Notes: generated by a model not told the origin, from the letters alone. A stretch of DNA of 64,000 nucleotides from Vulcanimicrobiota bacterium (GCA_963723515.1 CAVRQT010000003.1:224001-288000); one strand, 5' to 3'; positions 53,155 through 63,116 are shown, counted from the stretch's first letter. Numbers and translations are program-made.

Positions 53155-53919
53155 ATGCGCCTCGACGATGCGGTCGTTCGGCGTGCCGGCGTGACACGAT
53201 CTCGTGCGCGTAGTCTTATTCTCGAAGGTCGCGTGCAAGTGAACGGAGCGCTCGCGACAAAGGCCGGCGCAAAGGTTCGCGATGATGCGCGCATCCAGGT
53301 GCAGGACGCGAAGCCCTACGTCAGCCGCGGCGGTGAGAAGCTGGAAGCGGCGCTGCGGTCCTTTGGAATTGATCCAAGCGCGAAGCGCGCGCTCGACATC
53401 GGCGCCAGCACCGGCGGCTTTACGGATTGCTTGCTGCGCTTCGGTGCAGGGCACGTTACGGCGGTCGACGTTGGTTACGGGCAATTGGCATGGCCGCTTC
53501 GCAATGATGCGCGCGTTCATGCCGTCGAGCGAACGAACTTCCGTTATATTAAAGACGATGAACTTGGCGAGCCGTTCGACTTGATTACGATCGATGCGTC
53601 GTTCATCTCGCTTCGCACGATCGTCGAGCGCGCTCGCGCATTCTTGGCGCCGAGCGGCATCATCATTGCGCTCGTCAAGCCGCAGTTCGAGGCCGGCCGC
53701 GCCCGCGTGCAACGCGGCGGTGTTGTCCGTGATGCCGAAGTACATGCGGCCGTATTGCGCGAAGTGCGCGATGCGATGAACGAACTTGGCTTACGGGCCG
53801 TTGCGCTCGCTCCCTCACCGCTGCTTGGGCCGGCGGGAAACCGAGAGTTCTTTATCGCCTTGCAGCGCAGCGGCAATCCGATCGGCGATGGGGCGATTGC
53901 AGAGGCCGCCGGAATTTGA
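53155..53919 (+). CDS. tlyA: TlyA family rRNA 2'-O-methyltransferase
   Basis: S4 domain, YVSRGG.KL, DIGASTGGFTD, D.SFISL, LVKPQFE, G..GN.EF. Confidence 0.95.
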   Translation: MRLDDAVVRRAGVTRSRARSLILEGRVQVNGALATKAGAKVRDDARIQVQDAKPYVSRGGEKLEAALRSFGIDPSAKRALDIGASTGGFTDCLLRFGAGHVTAVDVGYGQLAWPLRNDARVHAVERTNFRYIKDDELGEPFDLITIDASFISLRTIVERARAFLAPSGIIIALVKPQFEAGRARVQRGGVVRDAEVHAAVLREVRDAMNELGLRAVALAPSPLLGPAGNREFFIALQRSGNPIGDGAIAEAAGI

Positions 53920-54758
53920 CCGGAGCGAGCATCACCGCCAAGAGTCAAACGATCGCGTTATTTGTCGATCCGAATCGCGGCAATGCGCAAGCCCTCGCTC
54001 AGCGCGTCTCGAGCGCGTTTTCGAAACGCGGATATGGCGTGCTCACGATGGATGGCGGGGCACAATTGCGAGACGCCTCCTTGCTCGTAACGATCGGGGG
54101 CGACGGTACGCTTCTGCGTGCAGCGCGTCTTGCGATTGAAACCGATACGCCGCTCTTGGGAATCAATACCGGCCGCCTTGGATTCTTGACGGAGTTCGAT
54201 GAAGGCGATCCGCGCATCGAGCAGTTGCCGGAACTGTTCGCCGGCGGTTTGCACATCGAAGAGCGCGTCGCGCTGCGAGCCGAGTATGAGGGGCGGCAAT
54301 ATTTTGCGCTCAACGATGTGATCGTGCGCAAGGGCGGCATCTCGCGCATCGTTCCCTTCGGGCTTTGCCTCGACGATGAACAGGCAGCGCACATTCCCGC
54401 GGACGGGATCTGCATCTCGACGCCGACCGGTTCGACTGCGTATTTCCTTTCGGCGGGAGGCGCCATCATATCGCCGCGCGTCGAGGCGTTCGGTATCGCG
54501 CCGCTTCTTGCACATACGCTGTTCTCGCGTCCGCTGATCGTTCCGATCACCTCGCGCATCGTGATCAGCGTCGACTCCGACATCGAACATGCAAATTTAG
54601 AAACCGACGGCGATCTAGCGAGCGATCTCGCGCCCGGCACGAGCGTTGTGATCACGAAGCACCCCAAGATGATCCGCTTTGCGCGCACATCGCCGTTGCA
54701 TTTCTTCGAGCGCCTTGAAGAGAAGATGCTCTGGGGCGTCTCGATCAAACGAATTTAA
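53916..54758 (+). CDS. nadK: NAD(+) kinase
   Basis: GGDGT.L, GIN.G.LGFL, ALND, DG...STPTGSTAY..SAGG. Confidence 0.95.
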   Translation: MTGASITAKSQTIALFVDPNRGNAQALAQRVSSAFSKRGYGVLTMDGGAQLRDASLLVTIGGDGTLLRAARLAIETDTPLLGINTGRLGFLTEFDEGDPRIEQLPELFAGGLHIEERVALRAEYEGRQYFALNDVIVRKGGISRIVPFGLCLDDEQAAHIPADGICISTPTGSTAYFLSAGGAIISPRVEAFGIAPLLAHTLFSRPLIVPITSRIVISVDSDIEHANLETDGDLASDLAPGTSVVITKHPKMIRFARTSPLHFFERLEEKMLWGVSIKRI

Positions 54759-54782
54759 ACGAATTTAACTGAAGAGTCCCAG

Positions 54783-54848
54783 TGTCATGCTGAGCCTGTC
54801 GAAGCATGACTGGCGGTCATGTCACACTTCGACAAGCTCAGTGTGACA
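54783..54848. repeat. Inverted pair of REP-like units between convergent nadK and pyk
   Basis: TGTCATGCTGAGCCTGTCGAAGCATGAC (54783-54810) and GTCACACTTCGACAAGCTCAGTGTGACA (54821-54848). Confidence 0.8.
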
Positions 54849-54937
54849 CAGGGACAATCGCATGGAACAAAACCAACGATCTCCGGCTTCAACTTCTAAT
54901 TGCTCTCAATCAGGTTCTCTGCATCGTAAAGCTGTCG

Positions 54938-56362
54938 CTAGCTTATACGATGTATTTTTAGCACGTTCGTGCCGCCGGCGCCGACCGGCATGCCCGTCGT
55001 GAACGCGACGCAGTCGCCCGATTTGGCGAGGCCGGTTTCCTTCAAACGTTGTTCGGTGTGCTGGAGAAGCTGATCGAACGAGCCGTAATCCTCGATCAAC
55101 AGCGATTCCACGCCCCAAACAAGTGAGAGCCGTCGCGCCACCTCGATGACGGGTGTCAAGGCGATGATGCGCGCGCGCGGCCGGAAAGCAGAAATGTGGT
55201 GTGCCGTGTTGCCCGTTGTCGTGCCGGTCACAATGTAAGGCAGCTCCAGCTCATCCGCGCTGCGCACGGCCGCCTCAGCGATCGAGCTTGCGATGTCCGG
55301 GCGGATGTTCTCGAGCCGGCGCGCGTGCAGAATTTCGTGCGGATAAGAACGTTCCACTTCGCGCGCAATCTGCGCCATGACGCGAACCGCTTCAGTCGGA
55401 TAAGCGCCGCGGGCCGTCTCTCCCGAGAGCATCACTGCGTCAGTTCCGTCCAGGATCGCATTGGCAACGTCGGCCGCTTCGGCACGGGTTGGTCGCGGCG
55501 CCGAAATCATCGATTCCAACATCTGCGTTGCGGTGATGACGGGCTTTGAAACGCGGTTGCAACGCGCCACTAAATCTTTTTGCACCATCGGTACGAGCTC
55601 GAGGGGCATCTCAATGCCGAGATCACCGCGTGCGATCATGATGCCGTCTGCTGCCCGAACGATCGCTTCGATGTCTTTTAAGGCGTCATGCCGCTCGATC
55701 TTGGCGAGGACTCGAGCGACGCCGTGATGTTGCGCGATGAACTCTTTGACCTGGATGACGTCATCGGCTGAGCGTACGAATGAGACCGCGACCCAATCGA
55801 CGTCCTTCGTTAAACCGAATTCAAGGAACTCGAGATCGCGCTCTGTTACCGCGGCAATATTGAGCGAGCCGTCAGGATAGTTGATACCCTGCGTCGCGCG
55901 CAGATCGCCGCCGACCTCGACGACTGTGTCGATCGACGTTGCATCCTTTCCGGTAATGCGTAATGCAATCGCGCCGTCGGCAAGGTAGATTCGCTTTCCG
56001 AGAGCGACGTCGGCCGCTAGATTCGCATACGAAACGGAAACATGTTGCGCATCGCCCGAAACAGAGGCGGTTTCCAAGCGAAACGGCTTTCCGCGTTCGA
56101 GATGCACGGACGACGCATTTCCCCCGAGCGTTCCAGTGCGCACTTTTGGTCCCGGAAGATCTTGCAAGACGCCCGCGTGTACGTCCAGCTCCTCGCTGAG
56201 GCGGCGCACGGCATCGACGACGGCGCCATGTTCGTCCGCACTACCGTGCGAGAAATTGAGGCGTGCAACGTTCATTCCGGAGATGAGCAGCGAGCGCAAA
56301 ATCGGATCGCTGCGCGATGCCGGCCCGATCGTTGCAACGATCTTCGTGCGTTTATGCAGCAT
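54938..56362 (-). CDS. pyk: Pyruvate kinase
   Basis: RTKIVATIGPAS, RLNFSHG, DL.GPK.R, AKIE, ARGDLG, ATQMLESM, DAVMLSGE. Confidence 0.97.
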   Translation of the reverse strand: MLHKRTKIVATIGPASRSDPILRSLLISGMNVARLNFSHGSADEHGAVVDAVRRLSEELDVHAGVLQDLPGPKVRTGTLGGNASSVHLERGKPFRLETASVSGDAQHVSVSYANLAADVALGKRIYLADGAIALRITGKDATSIDTVVEVGGDLRATQGINYPDGSLNIAAVTERDLEFLEFGLTKDVDWVAVSFVRSADDVIQVKEFIAQHHGVARVLAKIERHDALKDIEAIVRAADGIMIARGDLGIEMPLELVPMVQKDLVARCNRVSKPVITATQMLESMISAPRPTRAEAADVANAILDGTDAVMLSGETARGAYPTEAVRVMAQIAREVERSYPHEILHARRLENIRPDIASSIAEAAVRSADELELPYIVTGTTTGNTAHHISAFRPRARIIALTPVIEVARRLSLVWGVESLLIEDYGSFDQLLQHTEQRLKETGLAKSGDCVAFTTGMPVGAGGTNVLKIHRIS

Positions 56363-56367
56363 CGGCG

Positions 56368-56391
56368 TGTCATGCTGAGCTTGTCGAAGCA
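56368..56391. repeat. REP-like palindromic repeat unit
   Basis: TGTCA-TGCT-GAGCTTGTCGA-AGCA. Confidence 0.75.
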
Positions 56392-56455
56392 CGCGTGCCC
56401 GCTTGCGTTACTGTAACGGCAGGCTCCTGCGGCTGATTAATCGCACTAACGCTCG

Positions 56456-57832
56456 ATGCCCCGCCGCGATCCCACCGACGAGCGTATGCATCGCCGGTTG
56501 GCGGTCAGTTATGTCATTTCAATTCTCCTTCACGCGCTGATCGCGCTACTCTTCGTGACAACGGCTTCGCAAATGTCGGAGCAATCTGCACCCGAAGCGA
56601 CGCAAGGCGCTCCCGCTGTTAGCGTCTCGCACATACGATTGAGCACGCGCGCGAAGAGCACGGCGGTTCAAAAACGCGCGCCCTCTCCGAGTGCACCGCG
56701 CATCGCGCCGCCGCAAGCGATTCCTCTTATCGCAGGACGACCGCCGGTGCCGACACGTCGTGAATTAGCGAAGATCGTTCCGAAAGCACCGCCGAATCCG
56801 ACGCCGGCACCGCCGGCACCGTTGCAGCGTAATCCGCAACGGGTGCAAGTCGCAGTAGGCACACCCACGCCTGCGCCGATTCCGGCGGTCCCAATATCCG
56901 CGCCGACACCGATTCCGATCATCGCTCCAAAGCCGCAATTCACGACACAACCGACCGCTGCGCCCTCGGTCGCGCCGACCGCGCATGCAACGCTTGCACC
57001 GCGCGCGACCGCGTCACCAATGCCGTTGAAGTCGCCGGTCGTCGCGACAAGGGCCGTGCCGACGCATGCGCCCACTCCGGCCACTGCCGCAGCGACACCG
57101 GCCGCGGCTGCATCCGCCGCAGCGCGCGTCGCCGCAAGCCCCGCGGCACGACAGACGCCCGGTGTTCCAAGACCGGCACCATCCGGTATTGCGAGTCCCT
57201 CCGCGCAGCGCGGCAATGCGCCAAGCCCCGGTCCCAAAGCCGCGGCAAGCGCGGGACCCGGAGCCGTTCCTCGCGCCGGCGCGAAACCGCAACCGCCGCG
57301 TCCGATCAACCTTCCGCCGACGCCATCACCTTCGCCGCGTCCGACAGCCAAACCGGCGAAGCTCCCACCGCAAAAAGAGAAGGCCTATGCCGATCTCAAC
57401 GCGCGCTTGCGCAAACTCTTGCCGAACAACGCCGTCAAGCCGACAACCAAGCACTTTACGACAGGGCCCGAAGCGATGCGACCCGCCGAACCGACGCCTC
57501 CGCCGGATGTCCTCGCGAAGACGAAGTACATCTACCGCTCGGCGAGCCATCGAGCCGAAGATCGCTTCACGATGTGGGTGACGTCGCTCAAGAAGCTCGG
57601 TTTCTTGACCGTCTGCCACGGTTGGCTCGTGCGCTATCCCGCAGCGCCTCCCTCGTATGGCAGCGTCGCGGCCGGATCTGGCGGGCCGTTGCACGGTGGT
57701 GCGGTCGCCTTGCCCGACCCCGGGCCGCGGCCGCAAAACGCTTTCATGCCCATCATCGAAACCGACGCCAGCTACGTCTGTCCGGCGAGCGCTTTGCAGC
57801 CATTTTATCCACAGCCGGCGCCGCAAAAATAG
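56456..57832 (+). CDS. Membrane-anchored Pro/Ala-rich protein (TonB/TolA-like architecture) with unrecognised C-terminal domain
   Basis: N-terminal TM with SILLH; ~270-aa Pro/Ala/Thr spacer; compact C-terminal region with two Cys. Confidence 0.6.
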   Translation: MPRRDPTDERMHRRLAVSYVISILLHALIALLFVTTASQMSEQSAPEATQGAPAVSVSHIRLSTRAKSTAVQKRAPSPSAPRIAPPQAIPLIAGRPPVPTRRELAKIVPKAPPNPTPAPPAPLQRNPQRVQVAVGTPTPAPIPAVPISAPTPIPIIAPKPQFTTQPTAAPSVAPTAHATLAPRATASPMPLKSPVVATRAVPTHAPTPATAAATPAAAASAAARVAASPAARQTPGVPRPAPSGIASPSAQRGNAPSPGPKAAASAGPGAVPRAGAKPQPPRPINLPPTPSPSPRPTAKPAKLPPQKEKAYADLNARLRKLLPNNAVKPTTKHFTTGPEAMRPAEPTPPPDVLAKTKYIYRSASHRAEDRFTMWVTSLKKLGFLTVCHGWLVRYPAAPPSYGSVAAGSGGPLHGGAVALPDPGPRPQNAFMPIIETDASYVCPASALQPFYPQPAPQK

Positions 57833-57846
57833 GCGTTCTGCCCCTA

Positions 57847-57875
57847 TTGAATCGCGTAATTCAGGCGCGTAAAAT
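57847..57875 (+). promoter_or_regulatory. sigma70 promoter of an intergenic transcript
   Basis: TTGAAT, 17 nt, TAAAAT. Confidence 0.75.
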
Positions 57876-57881
57876 ATGGGT

Positions 57882-58098
57882 ATCTCGTTCGAGATCAGAG
57901 AGCGTAAGACACAAGGAGGGCGGTTGGAACCGCAAAGTCCACCGGGTCAGAGAGACCCCAACGAGCGCGCCTAGCGGGCGCTAAGTGATCTAAGCGCTCA
58001 ACGCATGCCGGACGTATTCCGGCCGGCGCAGACTCGAAGAATATCGGAAACCAGCAAAAGGGCCGCGTTCTAGTGCATCTAGGACACGGCCGTTTTGC
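57882..58098 (+). ncRNA. Unidentified structured RNA (or sORF mRNA)
   Basis: Bounded by its own promoter and a terminator-like hairpin; contains at least five hairpins and no long ORF. Confidence 0.55.
58054..58098. terminator. Intrinsic terminator-like hairpin
   Basis: GCAAAAGGGCCGCGTTCTAG-TGCAT-CTAGGACACGGCCGTTTTGC. Confidence 0.65.
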
Positions 58099-58103
58099 AA
58101 AAG

Positions 58104-58178
58104 TTGCCTGAGCGGCGACTTTTTGCTATCCTACTTTTCGGTCATTTTTGATACAAAGCGTGGGCAGGTCCCGCGCTT
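58104..58178 (+). promoter_or_regulatory. rimP-nusA-infB operon promoter and rimP leader hairpin
   Basis: TTGCCT, 17 nt, TATCCT with TG extension; hairpin AAGCGTGGG-CAGGT-CCCGCGCTT resembling the GAGTGGG..CCCACTC hairpin common before rimP. Confidence 0.65.
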
Positions 58179-58205
58179 CGTTGTTCAATGGGGCCCCGCC
58201 CGCGA

Positions 58206-58224
58206 CACTTCGACAGGCTCAGTG
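58206..58224. repeat. REP-like unit inside a GC hairpin in the rimP leader
   Basis: CACTTCGACAGGCTCAGTG, enclosed by CCCCGCCC/GGGCGGGG. Confidence 0.7.
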
Positions 58225-58333
58225 CTTGGGCGGGGGCGGCGTAGATCGCTTTTCGTCGCATCGTGACGAAATGCGATTGGAGCGCCAAGCGTTGCGCACG
58301 GTGCAACGCTATGTTAAATGGGGGTCGAGAAGT

Positions 58334-58840
58334 ATGGCTCTGGCTCGCGCCTTCGAGCGCGCAGTCGATCAACTACGATACGACGCTGCATTCGCGGATG
58401 TCGAAGTCGTTTCGCATTCCGCACAGCATCGCCGTGATACGCATGCCCTTAAAGTCGTGCTCGATCGACCGGGCGGAGCGGACGTCGCACTCTGCGAGCG
58501 CATCGCCGGCGAGCTCAACGCACGGCTGCAAGGCTTTGACGAGCCATACACCTTAGAGGTGGAAACGGCCGGACTAGATCGTCCCCTTAGCAAAGCCGCC
58601 GACTACGCGCGTTTTTCCGGTCGCGAAGTTAAGGTTGCCACGACGCTATCGATCAGCGGTCAGAAGACGCATCACGGCACGCTGCTCGGAATGCGCGGGA
58701 CGAACGTTGTCTTACAAACAAAAAGCGGTGAGCTGCCGATTCCCCTGGACCTAATCAAATCTGCCCGCCTCGAGTTCGATATTCGAGCCGACCTGCGGCG
58801 GGCAAAAGAAGAAAGAAAACGACATGAACACCACGCTTGA
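58334..58840 (+). CDS. rimP: Ribosome maturation factor RimP
   Basis: D..GG.D...CE, Y.LEV...GLDRPL....DY.RF.G, I.SARL; first gene before nusA. Confidence 0.93.
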   Translation: MALARAFERAVDQLRYDAAFADVEVVSHSAQHRRDTHALKVVLDRPGGADVALCERIAGELNARLQGFDEPYTLEVETAGLDRPLSKAADYARFSGREVKVATTLSISGQKTHHGTLLGMRGTNVVLQTKSGELPIPLDLIKSARLEFDIRADLRRAKEERKRHEHHA

Positions 58841-60047
58841 GTCGAGTGAACTGCTGACTGCGCTGCGCGAAATCGCGCGGGAGCGCGACATTCCGTTTGA
58901 AATGTTACTCGAGGCGCTTGAGGCCGCGTTGATCACGGCGTACAAACGGCACTATGGCGGAGAAGCAAACGCCATCGTGACGCTGGATCGCCAGAGCGGC
59001 GAGTACACCGTCTACCATCGACGCAACGTGGTTGCCGAAGTTCTGGATCGAAAACTCGAGATCTCGCAGAAAGAAGCGGGCGCGCGGTATCAAATCGGCG
59101 ATTTTTACGACGAGGTCGTCACGCCGAAAGACTTCGGACGCATCGCCGCGCAGACCGCAAAGCAAGTGATCGTCCAACGGATTCGCGAGGCCGAGCGCGA
59201 CACAATCTATAACAAATATGCTGCCCGCGTCAACGACATCGTTCGCGGTACGGTGCAACGTTACGAACAGCGCAATATGTACGTCCTGCTGGAAGGCAAA
59301 GACGAAGCGCTTTTGCCGCTTTCGGAACAGGTGCCGCGCGAAAACTTCCGCATCAACGATTTTATTCGCGCCTACATCTTAGACGTGCGCAAATCGCCGA
59401 AAGGCCCGACCGTCATTCTTTCGCGCGCCGCTGAAGGTCTCGTGCAGCGGCTGCTCGAGTTCGAAGTTCCGGAGATAGAAGGCGGGATCGTCGAGCTGAT
59501 GGCAATCGCGCGCGAAGCGGGCAGCCGAAGCAAAGTCGCGGTGCGTTCAAATCGCAATGAAGTCGACGCCGTCGGTGCATGCCTGGGCCCGAAGTCGAGC
59601 CGCATTGCCAATGTCTCCGATGAACTGCGCGGGGAGAAGATCGACGTCATTCGTTGGGACCCCGATCCCGTGACGTTTATCAGCAACGCGCTCGCGCCGG
59701 CGAAGGTGATCGGTGTCGAGCTCTTTCCGGAAGACGGTTCGGCGCTCGTCACCGTGCCGGATTATCAACTCTCGCTTGCGATCGGACGCGAAGGCCAAAA
59801 TGTGCGCCTTGCGGCCCGTTTAACCGGCTGGCGGTTGGACATTGCGAGCGAAGCGGAGGCGGCGCAAGCGCGAGAGCGGTACTTGAGCGATCGTGTGCGC
59901 ACGGCCGAGCAGCCGCCGCCGATCGAAGAAACCGTCGAGCCCATCGCTGAAGAGAAACTCGAAGAGCCGGCAATCGATGCCGATCTGATTCGTAAGCTCG
60001 AAGAGTTCAAGCGCGAGCGGCTTGGGCAAGGTGGAGAACCAAAATAG
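58824..60047 (+). CDS. nusA: Transcription termination factor NusA
   Basis: FGRIAAQTAKQVI.Q, FEVPEI, AREAG.RSK.AV, GEKIDV, SLAIGR.GQNVRLAARLTGW. Confidence 0.98.
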   Translation: MNTTLESSELLTALREIARERDIPFEMLLEALEAALITAYKRHYGGEANAIVTLDRQSGEYTVYHRRNVVAEVLDRKLEISQKEAGARYQIGDFYDEVVTPKDFGRIAAQTAKQVIVQRIREAERDTIYNKYAARVNDIVRGTVQRYEQRNMYVLLEGKDEALLPLSEQVPRENFRINDFIRAYILDVRKSPKGPTVILSRAAEGLVQRLLEFEVPEIEGGIVELMAIAREAGSRSKVAVRSNRNEVDAVGACLGPKSSRIANVSDELRGEKIDVIRWDPDPVTFISNALAPAKVIGVELFPEDGSALVTVPDYQLSLAIGREGQNVRLAARLTGWRLDIASEAEAAQARERYLSDRVRTAEQPPPIEETVEPIAEEKLEEPAIDADLIRKLEEFKRERLGQGGEPK

Positions 60048-60297
60048 GCCGCCGATTCGCACCTGCGTCGGTTGTCGTGAGCGAAAGGCGCAAGCGGCGA
60101 TGCGGCGCTTCGTTCGGCGCGGCACTCAGTGGGTGGCCGATGCAGCGCCAAAACGCAGCGCGGGGCGAGGCGCCTACTTATGCTCCGCTGAATGCGCCCG
60201 GCGAGTTTTCAAGAATAAGCGTTACGCGAGCCTTGCATCCGCAGCGCTCGAGAACGTGTTTGAAAGTGGCTACGATGCTCAACATCACTGTCCGTGA
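60031..60297 (+). CDS. ylxR: YlxR (DUF448) RNA-binding protein
   Basis: P.RTCVGCR, GRGAYLC...C. Confidence 0.9.
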   Translation: MENQNRPPIRTCVGCRERKAQAAMRRFVRRGTQWVADAAPKRSAGRGAYLCSAECARRVFKNKRYASLASAALENVFESGYDAQHHCP

Positions 60298-60371
60298 ATA
60301 AGGGGATCTGGATGCCCCGGGGATGCGCGCCATGAGCTGACGCGCGACCCTTTGGGGGCTCACAATACAAT

Positions 60372-63002
60372 ATGGCAACTGGTAAAGTACGAATTTTTGA
60401 GCTCGCCAAAGAGGTCGGGCTAACGTCAAAAGAGCTGATCGCGCTGTTTAACGACCGTCTCGGCGGGGTGTTCGAAGCGCGCAACCAGCTGAGCGTCGTT
60501 CCCGATCAAATCGCGGATCTCGTGCGCACCGTGCTGGCGAAACCCGCGCCCGCGCCCGAATCTCGCAAGCCGGCAGCCCCACCGAAGAAGGCGCCGGTGG
60601 CTGCCAAACGCGCGTCGCCCGCCGCGCCCGCCGCGCCACCAACACCTGCGGTTGCTGCACCAACGCTGAAACCAGTTGCCGCGACATCGCGCCGTGCTCC
60701 GGCAGCGAAGCCTGCCGTGCCGCCGCAAGAGGTGGCCGCGCCCCCTGAAGCACCGCCGTCACGCCCTGCCCCTACGCGCCGCCCGGCGGCCGCAGCCGAA
60801 CAGACGGTCCCTACGCTGCGCCCTGTGCCGGCAGGGCAGTCGTCGGTCACACCGCGCCCGCCCGCACCGCCGCCGCAGAGCACCCCCATGCCTCGCCCTG
60901 GCCTTTCGCCCCGCCCCGGTCAGATGGGGTTGCCCGGTCAAGGGTACCAACCGCGAACCGGCGTGCCGGGTCGTCCTCCACAAACGGGGCGCCGACCATC
61001 AGGCAATGGGCCATTCCGCCCACTTGGACCGCCGCGACCGCTACGGCCCGTCGGGCCAGTCCTTCCGGATCAGTCGGCACCCGCGCCGAGCTCCGGCGAA
61101 AAAGGCGGCCGTCCCGGAGAGCGCGTGCGCGTTCACGAGGACAAAATCTCAAAGAAAGATCGCGAAAAAGATCTTCTCTTAGAAAAGGAACGTGCGCGCA
61201 AGAAGCGGTCTGATGGGACTCCGGTTGCACCAGCTCGACAACTCGAGACGATTGAAATTCCGGATTTGCTGACCGTGCAAGAGCTGGCAACGTCGATGAT
61301 CGTTCCCGCTAAAGACGTGATCACCGAACTGATCAAGACGGGCACGATGGCCACGATCAATCAAAATATTCCGAGCGACGTTGCGATTTCGGTGGCCCGC
61401 AAGTTCGGCTTTAACGCCGTCGTCAAGGAAGCCGGCGAAGAAGTGACGGTCGAGCAAGAACAGGACAAAGCCGAAATGATGACACCGCGTCCGCCGGTCG
61501 TCACGGTGCTCGGACACGTGGATCACGGCAAGACCTCGCTGCTCGACAAGATTCGAGAAGCGAATGTTGCCGAAGGCGAGGCCGGCGGAATCACGCAGAA
61601 GATCGGTGCGTATACGGTCGATCGCGGCGAGCGGAAGCTCACGTTCATCGACACGCCGGGCCACGAAGCATTCACCGCGATGCGCGCGCGCGGCGCCAAA
61701 GTTGCGGACGTCGCGGTGCTCGTCGTGGCCGCCGATGACGGCGTGATGCCGCAGACGAAGGAAGCGATCGCACATGCGCGAGCAGCCGAAATGCCGATCG
61801 TCGTGGCCGTCAACAAGATGGACAAACCGGAAGCGCAGCCCGAACGCGTCAAACAGCAGTTAGCTCAAGAAGGTTTACAGCCGGTCGATTGGGGCGGGAG
61901 GACGGAAACCGTGCCCGTGTCTGCGCGCACTGGCGACGGCATCGACCAACTGCTCGAGACAGTGCTCCTTGAGGCCGACATTCAAGAACTGCGCGCCAAC
62001 AAGAATCGGCGCGCGACCGGCGTCGTTATCGAGTCGGCGCTCGATCGTGGTCGCGGTGCCGTTGCGACGGTACTCGTGCAAAACGGCACGCTGCGAGTCG
62101 GCGATATCGTCGTCGTCGGTGGAACATTCGGCAAGATTCGAGCGCTGGTCGACGACAAGGGCAAACAAGTCAAGAAAGCCGGCCCATCGATTCCGGTCGA
62201 GATCATGGGTTTGCAAGATGTCCCGTCGGCGGGCGATACGCTGATGGTCGTCAGCGACGAACGTGTCGCGCGCGAAACAGCTTCGAAGCGTAAGACGCGC
62301 CGGCGTGACACGCGCATTGCGACCGCGGGCGGTCAACGTGTTTCGCTCGAGACGTTCATGCAGATGCCGGCTGAAGGCAAGAAGACGCTCAACCTCATCA
62401 TCAAAGCTGACGGACAAGGTTCGCTTGAAGCGCTGCGCGCGCGAATGGAGTCACTCTCAACCGCGGAGGTTGACATTCGCGTCATTCATGGCGGCGTTGG
62501 CGCGATTACACCCAACGACGTCAACCTCGCGAGTGCTTCCAACGCGGTGCTCATCGGCTTCAACGTTCGTCCCGACGAGACGGCGAAGCGCTTAGCCGAA
62601 AACGAGCGCGTTGATTTGCGCTTCTATCAAGTAATTTACGATATCGAAGACGATCTGCGCAAAGCGATGCTGGGCATGCTCGAGCCGAAGTTCCGTGAGG
62701 TTACGCTGGGCCGCGCGGAAGTCCGGAAGATCTTCAAGGTCAGCAAGGTCGGCACGATTGCCGGCTGCTATGTAGTGAGCGGCAAGATCGCCCGCAATGC
62801 GAAGGCTCGCATCTTGCGCGACAACACGGTGATCTTTGACGGCGAGATCGAATCGCTGCGACGAGTCAAGGACGACGTCAAAGAGGTCACAGAGAACTTC
62901 GAGTGCGGCGTGCAGATCGGGCGCTTCAACGATCTCAAAGAAGGCGACATCATCGAAGCGTACACGAGCGAGCTCGTCGCGCCGGAACCCGCACTAGCAT
63001 AA
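60372..63002 (+). CDS. infB: Translation initiation factor IF-2
   Basis: [33 protein letters not shown]. Confidence 0.98.
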   Translation: MATGKVRIFELAKEVGLTSKELIALFNDRLGGVFEARNQLSVVPDQIADLVRTVLAKPAPAPESRKPAAPPKKAPVAAKRASPAAPAAPPTPAVAAPTLKPVAATSRRAPAAKPAVPPQEVAAPPEAPPSRPAPTRRPAAAAEQTVPTLRPVPAGQSSVTPRPPAPPPQSTPMPRPGLSPRPGQMGLPGQGYQPRTGVPGRPPQTGRRPSGNGPFRPLGPPRPLRPVGPVLPDQSAPAPSSGEKGGRPGERVRVHEDKISKKDREKDLLLEKERARKKRSDGTPVAPARQLETIEIPDLLTVQELATSMIVPAKDVITELIKTGTMATINQNIPSDVAISVARKFGFNAVVKEAGEEVTVEQEQDKAEMMTPRPPVVTVLGHVDHGKTSLLDKIREANVAEGEAGGITQKIGAYTVDRGERKLTFIDTPGHEAFTAMRARGAKVADVAVLVVAADDGVMPQTKEAIAHARAAEMPIVVAVNKMDKPEAQPERVKQQLAQEGLQPVDWGGRTETVPVSARTGDGIDQLLETVLLEADIQELRANKNRRATGVVIESALDRGRGAVATVLVQNGTLRVGDIVVVGGTFGKIRALVDDKGKQVKKAGPSIPVEIMGLQDVPSAGDTLMVVSDERVARETASKRKTRRRDTRIATAGGQRVSLETFMQMPAEGKKTLNLIIKADGQGSLEALRARMESLSTAEVDIRVIHGGVGAITPNDVNLASASNAVLIGFNVRPDETAKRLAENERVDLRFYQVIYDIEDDLRKAMLGMLEPKFREVTLGRAEVRKIFKVSKVGTIAGCYVVSGKIARNAKARILRDNTVIFDGEIESLRRVKDDVKEVTENFECGVQIGRFNDLKEGDIIEAYTSELVAPEPALA

Positions 63003-63090
63003 TGTTCTTAGGGGCGCCCACGGGGAATGATGCATCGACCGGGATGATGAGCGCCCCATGGGTTGGGGGCCCCAGCTCGGCTGGGGGGCG

Positions 63091-63116
63091 CCCTTCGACA
63101 TTGCTCAGGACAAGCT
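63091..63116. repeat. Variant REP-like unit in the infB-rbfA spacer
   Basis: CCCTTCGACATTGCTCAGGACAAGCT shares the CTTCGAC..GCTCAG core. Confidence 0.55.

Noticed and set aside
54747..54768. Direct duplication AAACGAATTT at the nadK stop
   Set aside because: A 10-bp tandem duplication with nothing between the copies; no inserted element is supported.
56363..56392. N-terminal extension of pyruvate kinase (MLRQAQHDTP)
   Set aside because: It is the translation of a REP-like repeat; ATG 56362 fits the conserved start.
56640..57370. Tandem repeat or CRISPR-like array in the low-complexity region
   Set aside because: This is Pro/Ala codon repetition inside a CDS, with no fixed-length repeats or spacers and no cas genes. 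The same holds for the IF-2 N-terminus.
57913..57945. RNase P RNA (GAGG...AAAGTCC) or c-di-GMP-I riboswitch (CGCAAAG)
   Set aside because: GAGG and AAAGUCC are split by a hairpin and the 3' RNase P consensus is missing; the GGCAAA/GAAA-tetraloop P2 of c-di-GMP-I is absent.
58148..58333. Long N-terminal extension of RimP, and likewise of RbfA at 63058
   Set aside because: These spans contain leader hairpins and repeat units; the conserved domains begin at 58334 and 63142.
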